This document shows positions 37,793 to 47,963 of a DNA stretch of 64,000 nucleotides, in pieces. The DNA is from Desulfobacterales bacterium (GTDB lineage: Bacteria; Desulfobacterota; Desulfobacteria; Desulfobacterales; SG8-13). The notes beneath the pieces were generated by a model, which was not told where the DNA came from, searched no databases, and was given only the letters and a program-made list of their open reading frames with translations. The stretch lies in contig DAXETY010000010.1 in assembly GCA_051155755.1 (NCBI GenBank), positions 9,530 to 73,529 on the forward strand, written 5' to 3'. A program made the position numbers and the translations under genes. The first letter of the stretch is position 1; the number at the start of each line of letters is the position of its first letter.

Positions 37793-40024
37793 ATGTTGCG
37801 TGCCCAATTTTTCCGGATTTTATTCCTGTGCCTGCCGGCGGTCGGAATCGCGTTTCCAGGACCGTCCGCCGTCTCGAGCGTCGGTGCCGCCTCTCTTTAT
37901 TACGTCTCTGCCGAGGGTTGCGACAACAACGATGGACGCTCGCCGAAAGGCGCATGGCGCAGCCTCACCCGGCTCGCACGATATCGCCTGCAGCCGGGCG
38001 ACCGTGTGTTGTTCCGCCGCGGTGACACCTGGCGCGATCAGTTGACCGTCTCTTCTCCCGGCACGGCCGATGCCCCGGTCCGATACGGCGCCTACGGCAC
38101 AGGGCCGCTGCCGCGCATCGCCGGTACCGTTCCCATCGCACCCCGTCGCAATGCCGTCCGCAATTTCGATTTCGCCGAGTTCCATGGTGCAATCGACGAC
38201 GGCCGCGGAGATGCATTCCTGCACTTCATCGCCGCCGGCGGCCTTGTGGAAGCCGTATCCGACACAACTTCCTCCGACGGGGTTGCCGCCAGGCTGACCG
38301 AAGCCGACGGCACCAAAGCTCACCTGCTGGCCGACGTTTACCTGCCGGCCGATGCGCGGGTCTCCCTGCACTGGAAAGCCAAATCCCGAATCGCCGACGG
38401 CACCATGGCCCTGCGCCATCAGATGGACGGTATGCGCTACCTGCAGGACGACCTGCAGACCTGGTCTTCGAAAGCATGCTGGCGGGCGGCGGTACTGGCG
38501 GGCGGTGTGGACGCAACCTGGCGGGAACGCTCGATCGGTTTTTCCACGGACACGGTTTCCGGTAAATACCAGCTATATTTCATTTCGGGCAATGCGTCCG
38601 GTGGCGACAGCACCACCTGGCTGGACGACGTACGGCTGCAGATCGACTGGGAGCGCGCTGAAGACAATATTTACAAAATCGGAACCGGATATCGTCCCCG
38701 GCGGCTTTTGATCAAATCCGGCGACAAATGGAGGGCAGCACCTTACCGCCTACCTGGAGACGGATCCCCGTTGAAGTCACTCGATACCGGACAGTGGCGC
38801 TACGATCCGGCTGACGGCCGGATTTACCTGCGCTGGGAGGGAAGCCACCCCGCAGCCGCCGGCGTACGCATGGAGATCTCGGTACCCGAAAACGGTGACC
38901 AGGGCCAATGCGGCATTTACATCGACCATCCGCATGTCGCCGTGGAAGGCCTTGCCGTGGAAGGCTGGCCGGACGACGCCCCGGCATTCAGTTCTGCGGG
39001 CGGCATCGCCATCACCGACAAGGCCCATTCCGTGGCGATCTCCCGGTGCCGGGTGGATTTCAACTATCGCGTCGGCGTTTATTCCAGAGCCGATTACGGC
39101 CGCTTCACCGACAACCGTTTCACCTACAACGGGGGCAGCGGCCTGGTGTTTTACGGTGCCGCCCGCGGCAATCGAATCACCGGCAACCAATCGAGCCACA
39201 ACGGGTTTCAGGGTCAAGACAGCGACGACGGCGAAGGCATCGGACTCGGAGAGGATACCGCCGAGAATGTGATCGAGGCCAACCGCATCCATCACAACAA
39301 CCTGAACCCGGCCAGCGGCAACCACGGGGGCCTGGTTCTGCACCGCAGCAACTACAACGTGATCCGCTACAACCGCATCTTTGCCAACACCCGGTCGGGC
39401 CTGGTCGTCGAAGGCGACGGGAACGAGGTGTACTACAATCTGGTCTACGACAACGGCACCGCCGCCGCAAAGAGCCGTGCCTCCATAACGGCCAACCTGT
39501 ACCTGCGCGATGGCTCGAAAACGGGAAAAGGCGGCAACCGCGTATGGAACAACGTATTCTATGGCGGCGGCACCGCCGTACGTTGGATGGGAAACCTGTT
39601 CGTCAAGGAGGCCCTGAGGGGCGCGGAAATTCGCAACAATGTCTTCTGGGGATTCCGCAACCTGAATTTCGAGGACGTACAGATCCGGATCGACACGGCA
39701 ACGCAGATGGACGGCACCGTTTTTTCCAACAATCTGATCGGTCCCGAAGGCGCCGGATTCATCCACTACCTCGGCCGGGATTATGCCGGACTGGAAGAAT
39801 ACCGCAGCCGGGCAGGACGCGAAATCGACTCCATTGCCCGAATACCGCGGTTTGTAGCACCCGAACGGGGCGATTTTCGCCCGCAGGCAGCCTCTCCGCT
39901 GATCGACGCCGGTGTCGACGTCGGTCTGGAAAGCGATCTTGCGGGCAATCCGTTGCGCGGGGCGCCGGATATCGGTGCATTGGAATTCATTGCGCCTCCC
40001 ATCGAACCGGCCGCAGCGCCATAA
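37793..40024 (+). CDS. Secreted right-handed parallel beta-helix protein (pectate-lyase-like fold) with inserted jelly-roll-like domain
   Basis: Signal peptide; YYVS..G.D.NDG.S...AW, L.PGD.VLFRRG, Asn-ladder repeats, C-terminal SP.IDAG...D..GN.....PDIGA.E. Confidence 0.85.
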   Translation: MLRAQFFRILFLCLPAVGIAFPGPSAVSSVGAASLYYVSAEGCDNNDGRSPKGAWRSLTRLARYRLQPGDRVLFRRGDTWRDQLTVSSPGTADAPVRYGAYGTGPLPRIAGTVPIAPRRNAVRNFDFAEFHGAIDDGRGDAFLHFIAAGGLVEAVSDTTSSDGVAARLTEADGTKAHLLADVYLPADARVSLHWKAKSRIADGTMALRHQMDGMRYLQDDLQTWSSKACWRAAVLAGGVDATWRERSIGFSTDTVSGKYQLYFISGNASGGDSTTWLDDVRLQIDWERAEDNIYKIGTGYRPRRLLIKSGDKWRAAPYRLPGDGSPLKSLDTGQWRYDPADGRIYLRWEGSHPAAAGVRMEISVPENGDQGQCGIYIDHPHVAVEGLAVEGWPDDAPAFSSAGGIAITDKAHSVAISRCRVDFNYRVGVYSRADYGRFTDNRFTYNGGSGLVFYGAARGNRITGNQSSHNGFQGQDSDDGEGIGLGEDTAENVIEANRIHHNNLNPASGNHGGLVLHRSNYNVIRYNRIFANTRSGLVVEGDGNEVYYNLVYDNGTAAAKSRASITANLYLRDGSKTGKGGNRVWNNVFYGGGTAVRWMGNLFVKEALRGAEIRNNVFWGFRNLNFEDVQIRIDTATQMDGTVFSNNLIGPEGAGFIHYLGRDYAGLEEYRSRAGREIDSIARIPRFVAPERGDFRPQAASPLIDAGVDVGLESDLAGNPLRGAPDIGALEFIAPPIEPAAAP

Positions 40025-40029
40025 TCGAA

Positions 40030-40144
40030 GGCAACAACCACCCGCAAAGCGGGTGGCTCGGATTTTCGGCCGTAGACCGGAAAGACAGAAGCACGGTTGT
40101 ACCGCTATCTTGAACCTGCGGTAGCACCCGGTTTTGGCAAGAAT
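40030..40144 (+). repeat. Dispersed IS200/IS605-end-like repeat, copy C (most complete)
   Basis: CAACAACCACCCGCAAAGCGGGTGGCT hairpin plus the downstream block shared with copies A and B. Confidence 0.8.
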
Positions 40145-40383
40145 AAACCGGTCATCGTCCTGAAGCAATTCAGCATGCAGATTCCGGACGGACGGGTTTT
40201 CTCCGAATCGCGAAATTTTCGCCGTGACATTTTGTTCTTTTTCCGCTCGTAAAAACGGTTCATAATATATCGATGAAAATTGAGGCACGCAGTGATCCAA
40301 GACCTGCGTCTACAACAAACGGGGCCCCTTCGGTGGGATCACATTTCCATTGGGGTGTTGTCCAACGATCCGGTGAAGAATTG

Positions 40384-41091
40384 ATGCCCACACTAAATAA
40401 AAGCGAATCATTTCAGGCTTATGAAAGAGCGGTCATCGGCACCGAGCGGGCCCGGCACACTTACATGAAACGTTTCAACACCATTTATGACCTGGCGGGC
40501 GGATATAAAGGCAAAAGGATACTCGATATCGGCTGCGGCTTTGGATTTCGCACCGTCGGGGTGGCCCGGCGAGGTGCCTTGTCGGTTCATGCGATCGACG
40601 CGGATGCGGAACGGATCCGGGAAGCCGCCCATTATGCCAGGGTCTGCAATGTTCAAAATACCGAATTTCGTGTAATGGATGCGGCCAACCTTGTCTTTGA
40701 CGATGAAAGCTTCGACCTGGTGTTGGCGGATGAAATGATACACCACCTCAGCAACTTGTCCGTAGTCTTCAACGAAATCCATCGGGTGTTGAAAACCAAC
40801 GGTGCGGCCGTTATCTCCGACCATAATCGCTTGAGTGTGCCGTCAGAATTGGTCAGAACGATGTATTTTGGAAAGCAGAAAGAACGGGTGTATACGGCCA
40901 GGGAAGTAAAAGATTTTTTTGTAAATGCCCGTTTTCATCACATCGCGTGGAAACATATCATTTTTACCATGCCGGTTGCCAATGCCCCCGGATTGATTCT
41001 GAAATTAAATTATTGGTTGGAATCGATGATCGAATTGACCCCGGTTTTACAAACCCAGTGCGGTGTCTACGTAATTCGTGGCGTAAAATAG
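40384..41091 (+). CDS. Class I SAM-dependent methyltransferase
   Basis: ILDIGCGFG, F.DESFDLV, HH, E..RVLK..G. Confidence 0.9.
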   Translation: MPTLNKSESFQAYERAVIGTERARHTYMKRFNTIYDLAGGYKGKRILDIGCGFGFRTVGVARRGALSVHAIDADAERIREAAHYARVCNVQNTEFRVMDAANLVFDDESFDLVLADEMIHHLSNLSVVFNEIHRVLKTNGAAVISDHNRLSVPSELVRTMYFGKQKERVYTAREVKDFFVNARFHHIAWKHIIFTMPVANAPGLILKLNYWLESMIELTPVLQTQCGVYVIRGVK

Positions 41092-41111
41092 GCGCCGCTA
41101 AGGTGATTTCC

Positions 41112-42047
41112 ATGGCCAGCCGATTTTTACCGAACCTGCGCTCGCTTTCCCGGGATCAAGTTTTTCAGGGATTGAAAACCACCATCACCATCAGCCTGGG
41201 TGCGATCATCGTGGCGGTGGGTTTCAGCCTGTTTCAGGTTCCCTACAACCTTGCCGCCGGCGGCATCACCGGCGTGGTCATTATCGTGCGCAACTTTGTC
41301 GAGCTGCCCGGTGGAACCCTCTATATGGTACTGAACGTGCCCCTGATGATCATTGGATACCGCTATCTCGGACGCTGGTTGTTTCTGTTCCGAACCCTGC
41401 TGTCGGTATTCGTCTTTTCGGTCGCCACCGATTTTTTTGCCTATACCATGCCGCGGATTCTTCCCGAATATCCAATGACCGACGACATGCTGCTGGCTTC
41501 GGTTTACGCCGGCCTGATCACCGGCATCGGCAGCGGCCTGATCTATCGCGCCGGCGGCACGATCGGCGGCACCAGCATCATCAGCCGGATCATCCAGCGC
41601 AAGTCCGGCATCCCGCTCAGCCAACTCTATCTGCTGGTGGACGGCGTCATCATTCTGGTGGCGGTGTTCACGTTTGGTTGGGAAATCGCGCTGCACGCCA
41701 TCCTGGTGCTGATGATCGGCGGTATTGCCTCGGATTTCGCCCTGGAAGGCCCCAGTGTGGTTCGAACCGCCAGCATCGTCACCGATCATCCGCGGGAACT
41801 GGCCGATGCCTTGATGGCCCGCCTTCGTCGCGGGGTAAGCATCTGGGAGATCACCGGCGGCTATACCGGCAAAAAACGGGCCATGGTGTTTTGCACCGTC
41901 AATCGGGCCCAAATCTTCGAATTGAAACAGGTGGTCAGCGATGTGAATCCGGATGCGTTTGTGGTCATCGGAAATGCGCACCAGGCACTGGGGGTCGGCT
42001 TTCGACACGTCAAGCACAAAAGAAAAACCGATGCCGGAAAGGATTAA
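41112..42047 (+). CDS. YitT family membrane protein (DUF161 + DUF2179)
   Basis: GG.TG, GG..GGT, RGV......GGYTG, D.AF. Confidence 0.92.
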   Translation: MASRFLPNLRSLSRDQVFQGLKTTITISLGAIIVAVGFSLFQVPYNLAAGGITGVVIIVRNFVELPGGTLYMVLNVPLMIIGYRYLGRWLFLFRTLLSVFVFSVATDFFAYTMPRILPEYPMTDDMLLASVYAGLITGIGSGLIYRAGGTIGGTSIISRIIQRKSGIPLSQLYLLVDGVIILVAVFTFGWEIALHAILVLMIGGIASDFALEGPSVVRTASIVTDHPRELADALMARLRRGVSIWEITGGYTGKKRAMVFCTVNRAQIFELKQVVSDVNPDAFVVIGNAHQALGVGFRHVKHKRKTDAGKD

Positions 42048-42049
42048 AT

Positions 42050-42078
42050 CGTGTCATCACCTCTTCGTGGACGGGCAC
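42050..42078. mobile_element. Minimal copy of the stop-codon-targeting MITE
   Basis: CGTGTCATCACCTCTTCGTGGACGGGCAC resembles 14813-14840; flanked by direct repeat TAAAT (42045, 42079) that includes the yitT stop. Confidence 0.6.
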
Positions 42079-42119
42079 TAAATAATTCAGTGATCGGGGA
42101 GTTTCCCCTAAAAAGTTCT

Positions 42120-42146
42120 GTCATTCCCGCGAAGGCGGGAATCCAG
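42120..42146 (+). repeat. Solo REP-like palindrome GTCATTCCCGCGAAGGCGGGAATCCAG
   Basis: Same unit as the inner arms of the MITEs at 27309 and 46255. Confidence 0.8.
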
Positions 42147-42212
42147 ACAATTCTACTGTTGCATTCCAAAGTCTGTACGATCAATGGATAGGCAAAAAAA
42201 CGCACCGACTGT

Positions 42213-43001
42213 TCAAATAATTTGGTCGGCAATCTCTTCAATCGACCGGTTGGTCACCTCGATGACGCGCAGGCCCGGAATGGTTCGAAAAATGCGGTGA
42301 CTGTAAAGCACTTCGGAACGGATGGCACGCATGTCTCCGTACTCCCCCTGTCCGGCATAACGCATGCGTTTTTGCCGGATAATGGCCAGTTTTTCCGGGG
42401 CGATGGTAAAACCGATTTTGCGCGCCTTGACCGTAAACAGTTCCCGGGGCAGAGCAAAATCCGGAATGATCGGTATGTTGGCCACTTTCAGGTTGTTGTT
42501 ACAGGAGATGTATAGACTGGTAGGCGTTTTGGAAGTACGCGATACCCCCAGAATCACCAGTTCGGCGTCTGCCAGGGTTTCAATGTTCTGCCCGTCGTCA
42601 TGTTTGAGCGTGTAGTCGATGGACTCGGCCAGGCGGTAGGTTTCCTCTCCCAGGCCTTTCAGCAGCCCCGGTCGAAATACCGGCAGCATGTTCCAGCGGT
42701 GTTGCAGTTGTTTGAGCAGGGGACCGAGCAAATCAATGGTGTAGATACTCTTGTGATGCTTGGAGCGTTTTATAAAAAGCCGCAGCGCCTCGGAAACGAG
42801 CGAATAAATGACAATCGAGTTCGAGGCGACGGATTGGTCCAGCACTTCCTCCAGTTGTTCGACGGTCTGAATGTATGGAAAGCGCATGAAATTGGGGTCC
42901 ACGCGATCGAATTGAACCAGGGCGGCCCGGATGACGCGTTCGGCCGTAATTCCGGTGCCGTCGGAGATGATATACACGTGAACGGTTTGCGTCTGATCCA
43001 T
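42213..43001 (-). CDS. ppsR: PEP synthase / pyruvate,phosphate dikinase regulatory kinase-pyrophosphorylase
   Basis: ISDGTGITAE, KHDDG, LGVSRTSKTPTSLY, SIEE.A. Confidence 0.93.
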   Translation of the reverse strand: MDQTQTVHVYIISDGTGITAERVIRAALVQFDRVDPNFMRFPYIQTVEQLEEVLDQSVASNSIVIYSLVSEALRLFIKRSKHHKSIYTIDLLGPLLKQLQHRWNMLPVFRPGLLKGLGEETYRLAESIDYTLKHDDGQNIETLADAELVILGVSRTSKTPTSLYISCNNNLKVANIPIIPDFALPRELFTVKARKIGFTIAPEKLAIIRQKRMRYAGQGEYGDMRAIRSEVLYSHRIFRTIPGLRVIEVTNRSIEEIADQII

Positions 43002-43265
43002 CGGACGGTTTCCGACCGAAGGTGAGATCATCGGGGATCATGCAATTATTATGGCGCCTGCCGTGATATTGCCGAACCCGGAACAATTAGGATTTCATTT
43101 TATGACTTATCGACAATATTGTAACAAGCCAATGGGGTGAAATCCGTATTTTGCCGTTACCTTGTCAATCCGGGTCCGAATGCTTTCGAGTCGCGAAAAC
43201 ACAGGGGATGAAAACCATTCGAGCCGAGATCCCGAGGAACAACGCACCCATGCTGTCCGTATTGA

Positions 43266-43316
43266 GTCAACAACCACCCGTGAAGTGGGTGGCTTGAATT
43301 TTCGGCCATCGACCGG
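43266..43316 (+). repeat. Dispersed IS200/IS605-end-like repeat, copy D (5' half)
   Basis: GTCAACAACCACCCGTGAAGTGGGTGGCTTGAATTTTCGGCC...; 42/49 identical to 40032-40080. Confidence 0.78.
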
Positions 43317-43510
43317 GTTCTTTCATGACCAACAGCATGGGTAGATTTTCTTCCCCGCCCACGGCGGTTGTGGACCCACATCAGTTCGAAATTGTTTACA
43401 AAATCAATAAGGACTCGTCACGAGGAAGGCAGCAGTTGCGGAGAATGCTGCAGTTTCAGGAGACGGGATCATCATCGGGCGACGGACCCCGATTGCGGTC
43501 GGCCAACTGC

Positions 43511-44272
43511 TTATTGGTTCCTGTGAAAATTCATGTGGATGACTTTACCGCGGGTCGAAAAGCGATCTGCCGGGGAACCGTTTTCAAACGGTGAACCTTC
43601 AGCGGGCGTATAATGATCGGCAAATATCACGCTCTCGATCCGGCCGTCTCCCAGCGCGGCGACGCGGTCTGCAATGAAAACGGCTTCTTTCCACTCACGA
43701 GTGGCGTAAATCGTCGTCATGTAAAATTCTTTGATGATTCGGGCAATATCGAGAAGCAGTTTCTGCCGGATACGGGTGTCCAGGGTTGACAGCGGCTCGT
43801 CCAACAGCAGAATGCGGGGCTGACGCGCCAGCGCTCGTCCCAGTTCCAGGCGCTGCTGCTCAACGACGGTCAACTGGCCGGGGTATTTATTTTCGACATC
43901 GACAAGACCCACTCTTTCCAGCAAATAGGCCACTCGCATTTGCTTGAGCATTTTTTTGCAGCGGCCGGCGGCAAACTCCAGATGCTGACGCACCGTGAGA
44001 TGCGGCCAGAGGGATGGCTCCTGGAAAACCATGGCAATCGACCGGGCGTGGGGTTTCATGTGACGACCCGGAAGACTGGCGATGCTGCCGTCGAGCCAGA
44101 TCTCACCTTCTACAAGGGGCGCAAGGCCTGCGATCGATCGCAACAGCGATGTTTTGCCACTTTCCGATGCGCCCAGCAGTGCCATGCACTCACCGGGATA
44201 AACGTGCAGATCCGTCTTTTGCAGAACCCGTCTGTTTCCATATCCAATCGCGAGATTTTTTATCTTGACCAT
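43511..44272 (-). CDS. ABC transporter ATP-binding protein (FbpC/PotA-like), degenerate motifs
   Basis: Walker A GASESGKT, VFQ..LWPHLTV, LLLDEP; signature LTVVEQQR, H-switch YATRE. Confidence 0.85.
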   Translation of the reverse strand: MVKIKNLAIGYGNRRVLQKTDLHVYPGECMALLGASESGKTSLLRSIAGLAPLVEGEIWLDGSIASLPGRHMKPHARSIAMVFQEPSLWPHLTVRQHLEFAAGRCKKMLKQMRVAYLLERVGLVDVENKYPGQLTVVEQQRLELGRALARQPRILLLDEPLSTLDTRIRQKLLLDIARIIKEFYMTTIYATREWKEAVFIADRVAALGDGRIESVIFADHYTPAEGSPFENGSPADRFSTRGKVIHMNFHRNQ

Positions 44273-45762
44273 TTCGGATGTCTCCCGGAAATTCCGATCG
44301 ATACCATCGATGCCTGCACGAACCGAAACAGACGCATGCGGTTCAAGCGCCGAAGCCGTTTCTTCCCGCCGCTGAATCCTGCGGCCAGTACCAGCACAAG
44401 CAGATTTACGCCAAAAAGGGCAACCAATGCCATGGGCTCGGTTGCCGTGATCGCTGGAACCATACCGGGTTCCACCAACGGTGGCGCGGCACCGGGCGGC
44501 GCCGGTGTTCCGGTGACCACACCCAGGGACCTGCTCAAGACAAATGCAACTGCAGCGGACATGACCAGCCTTTGGGCGGATAACGGCATCAGGATCCGGC
44601 GATATCGATCCCAGGGCGAAGCCTGGTACAACAAAGCAGCCTGCCGCATCGGGGCTGAAATGAAAAATACCGCGCCGTTCGTATAACCCACGCAAACGGC
44701 CAGAAATTGGGCCGCACTGCAAATCGTTGCCACCCAGAGTCCGACGTAAATGCCCTGGCTGAGTGTCAGATCGAGCGACGGGGAAAGGCCGGTGATTCCG
44801 ACAGCCGGCAGGAGAAGAAACAGCCATCCTTTCAGCGTCCACCGGAGTTGGACCTGTCTCCGGAAGTTTTCCGAACCCCCCTCGGCCGAAACCGGCAACA
44901 ACATCGCCGCCATGAAAGCGGCAAGGCCGCCCAGGACGACATGTGATCGGACGATCTTTTCAGCGGGCAAAACGCCCGGGTTGAAAACGGAAGGGAAAGC
45001 CGACAGCAGCAGCGGCAACAGGATCGTCGCCGCCAGCAAAATCATCATGGCGGTCAATGCCGCAATGCAGGTTTTGCTGCAGGTTTCTCCGGTGACGTAG
45101 GACCTTCCATTTGCCCCTTCGCATTCGGCTTGCATTCGATGGATCTCTCGTGTCAGCCGACCGGAAACAAGGACGGCAGCAAAGAAAAACGGCATCAGTT
45201 GCACCGCAGCCGGCAGTATCTCCCGGGATGCGCCACTGCCCGGTGTCCATACGGTCGATAGGGTATGCAGCCGGTACACAGCGGGAATCATATAATCGAA
45301 TAGACAGAAAACAAACACGAGGCCCGCCCCCGTCAACGCGAAGGGAACCACCAGGGGAAGCTTGATGCGGCAAAACACCGGAATGGATGAACGGTAGATG
45401 ATGGCTGCCTCCGTTACCCTGCGGTCCACATGGATCAACCGCCAGAGGGTCGGCAATGCCACCAGCGGAAAATACGCGATGGCCTGTTCGGCTGCCGCCG
45501 CAAGCAAATATTCATTGAACATCAGGGTTGGTTCGAGAAGGTGAAGGGCCTCATCACGGGTGGCCGGGTCGATCAGCTGCGGCACGAAACGCCATATGAA
45601 ACCGTGGGCGGGCAAGCAAAGCGGCAACAACAGCATCCACAGCCAGAACCGCTTTCCCGGGACATCCGGGCGGGATGCCAGAAGCGCGAAAGGAAGGCCG
45701 ATTGCCGAGGCAAGAATGGTTGCGATCAAGGCCAGCTGCAAACTGCTAACAAGGCTGCTCAT
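44260..45762 (-). CDS. ABC transporter permease (FbpB-like, two-domain), highly diverged
   Basis: About 12 TMs; IGLPFA......PG, EAA-like loops (RVTEAAIIY; MRQAALLY), I.LPL..P. Confidence 0.75.
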   Translation of the reverse strand: MSSLVSSLQLALIATILASAIGLPFALLASRPDVPGKRFWLWMLLLPLCLPAHGFIWRFVPQLIDPATRDEALHLLEPTLMFNEYLLAAAAEQAIAYFPLVALPTLWRLIHVDRRVTEAAIIYRSSIPVFCRIKLPLVVPFALTGAGLVFVFCLFDYMIPAVYRLHTLSTVWTPGSGASREILPAAVQLMPFFFAAVLVSGRLTREIHRMQAECEGANGRSYVTGETCSKTCIAALTAMMILLAATILLPLLLSAFPSVFNPGVLPAEKIVRSHVVLGGLAAFMAAMLLPVSAEGGSENFRRQVQLRWTLKGWLFLLLPAVGITGLSPSLDLTLSQGIYVGLWVATICSAAQFLAVCVGYTNGAVFFISAPMRQAALLYQASPWDRYRRILMPLSAQRLVMSAAVAFVLSRSLGVVTGTPAPPGAAPPLVEPGMVPAITATEPMALVALFGVNLLVLVLAAGFSGGKKRLRRLNRMRLFRFVQASMVSIGISGRHPKWSR

Positions 45763-46254
45763 CGCTTGCGATCGTTTCCTATCTTCGGGCTTGCGGGCAC
45801 AACCCCTGATTCAGCCGAATTCGGGTCATGTCGTTACCCAATTTCCGGAGAGCAAAACGTTTGCAGTCGCCGGAATGACACACACGGTTATGACGAAAAC
45901 TCCGGCTGCATTATCCAACGATTCCCAAGGAATTCCATAGCAAGGTCCGGCGACTGCAAACGTGATGTTATAAAATCAAAAACCGGGATTCCTTTCAATC
46001 GGAAGAATTTCGTATTTTGTTCTGGTACTTTTGTACTAGACGACATGCATTTACCATACGTTGCGCTTCATCTGACATGCGCATAATCGGGTAAGCCGGA
46101 TCGCAGAAGAATATGGATGACAACGACGAGGAATCGATTGGCGGCAACCCTGTCAAGGTAACTTCTTTGCCCTAAAAATAAAATATTATCAAAGGATTAA
46201 TTAAAATCTAACATCATTTTTACGCTTGCCAAAACTCGTTTCGGCAGGTAAACT

Positions 46255-46410
46255 TTGATGAAGTCGTAAAAAGTCCAAATATACTCAAATCCGTCATTCC
46301 CGCGAAAGCGGGAATCTCGAAATTATAGTTATTGCTGCATGTTAAACTCGAGACCCCCGCCTGCGCGGGGATGGCACACTGTGAAGACGGACTTGTTACG
46401 AACTCATCAA
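46255..46410. mobile_element. MITE-like element (copy 2, same family as 27309-27465)
   Basis: TTGATGAAGTCGTAAAAAGTCC...GGACTTGTTACGAACTCATCAA; shared internal AAATTATAGTT and TTAAACTCGAGA..CGCCTGCGCGGGGATG.CACACTGT. Confidence 0.85.
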
Positions 46411-46552
46411 CTTTGATATGTTCCGAAATTGAGCGGTTGTCGGGGTTGCCGCCCTGGTGCAACATATTGCATACTGCACGGGGGCGAACCAATCCTGGGA
46501 AGAGACCCCTCAACTCGATCTTCCGATTGCGAACAAAGGGTTCCAAAACGGT

Positions 46553-47776
46553 ATGCCGGTATACGAGTACAACGCGCTGGATCAGCGCGGTAAAAATATC
46601 AGCGGCATCATCAACGCCGACAGCGCGGTCGCTGCGCGCCAGAAGCTGAGGTCATCCAGCAATTTTCCGGTCTCCATCAAGGAGGTTTCCGAAGATGCAA
46701 CCTCCCGCAGGGCCGGCCGGGGCATCCGCATGCCCTTTGCGCGCGTGCGGGAGCGGGATGTAACCATGATGACACGCCAGCTGGCGACACTGGTCGGTTC
46801 CGGCTTTCCGCTGGTCTCGGCCCTGGACGCATTGATCCCGCAGATCCGTTCCATCGCCTTTAACAAGGTAATGGCCCGGATCAAGAACTCGATCCTGGAG
46901 GGCAACAGCTTTGCCGGCGCCCTGACACTGTATCCGGAGGTGTTTACACCGCTGTATAAAAACATGGTCCGCGCCGGTGAAAGTTCAGGGACCCTGGAAA
47001 TCGTTCTGGCCCAGCTGGCCGAAATCATGGAAAAGCAGCAGGAGCTGAAAAACCGCATCCGGTCCGCCCTGGCCTACCCGATTTTAATGACCGTCCTGGG
47101 CTCGGCGGTACTGGTCCTGCTGCTCATCTACATCGTGCCGACCATCACCGGCATGTTCGAAGACATGAACCAGGTGCTGCCGGCTCCGACGCGGTTTTTA
47201 ATCGGCCTCAGCGACTTGCTGAAAGCATACTGGTGGATCATTGTCGTGGCGATTGTCGCCGGCTATGTGGCGATCCAGCAGTTCAAAAAGACAACCCGGG
47301 GCCGCCATCTGATTGACAAGCTGATGCTGACCTTTCCTGTCAGCGGTGAGTTGATCCGGAAGCTGACAGTCGCCCGGTTTTCGCGTACGCTGGGATCGTT
47401 GCTGGCCAACGGTGTTCCCATGCTTTCGGCCCTGGACATTGCCAAGAATATTGCCGGCAACGTGGTGATATCGCATTCGGTGAACATCGCCGCCAGAGAA
47501 GTCGGACAGGGGCAGGGGCTGGCCAATGCGTTGTCGGCAACCCGCGTATTTCCGGACCTCACCATCCAGATGATTCAGGTTGGCGAGCAGAGTGCGGAGT
47601 TGGAGGCAATGCTCGCGAAGATGGCGGACGTGTTTGAAAACGAGGCCGAATCGAGTATAATGAGTCTCACTTCGCTGCTCGCCCCGGTATTGATTCTGAT
47701 CATGGGTGTAATTGTCGGCTTCATCGTGCTTTCGATCTGCTTGCCGATATTCGAAATGAGCCAATTGATCCGGTAG
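46553..47776 (+). CDS. gspF: Type II secretion inner-membrane platform protein F
   Basis: MPVYEY.A, TRQLATL..SG.PL, AGESSG.L, SALAYP. Confidence 0.95.
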   Translation: MPVYEYNALDQRGKNISGIINADSAVAARQKLRSSSNFPVSIKEVSEDATSRRAGRGIRMPFARVRERDVTMMTRQLATLVGSGFPLVSALDALIPQIRSIAFNKVMARIKNSILEGNSFAGALTLYPEVFTPLYKNMVRAGESSGTLEIVLAQLAEIMEKQQELKNRIRSALAYPILMTVLGSAVLVLLLIYIVPTITGMFEDMNQVLPAPTRFLIGLSDLLKAYWWIIVVAIVAGYVAIQQFKKTTRGRHLIDKLMLTFPVSGELIRKLTVARFSRTLGSLLANGVPMLSALDIAKNIAGNVVISHSVNIAAREVGQGQGLANALSATRVFPDLTIQMIQVGEQSAELEAMLAKMADVFENEAESSIMSLTSLLAPVLILIMGVIVGFIVLSICLPIFEMSQLIR

Positions 47777-47963
47777 TTTCCATGCGTTGACGGCCGAAAG
47801 GGGCAAGCGCATGGCAGCGCTCGGTGCATCCTTCATGTTCGCGTTGGCACGGTGACGCGGCCGGTACTTGTCCCGCTCCTGCAAACGTTGAATGTGGAAC
47901 ACCGAATGTGATATTCAACAATTTAAAACGCTCAGTTTAGGTATAACCACTTTCGGAGGGATA

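Noticed and set aside
45763..46254. Protein-coding gene or sigma54 promoter in the AT-rich divergent gap
   Set aside because: No convincing ORF and no properly spaced TGGCAC-N5-TTGC; probably ordinary regulatory DNA
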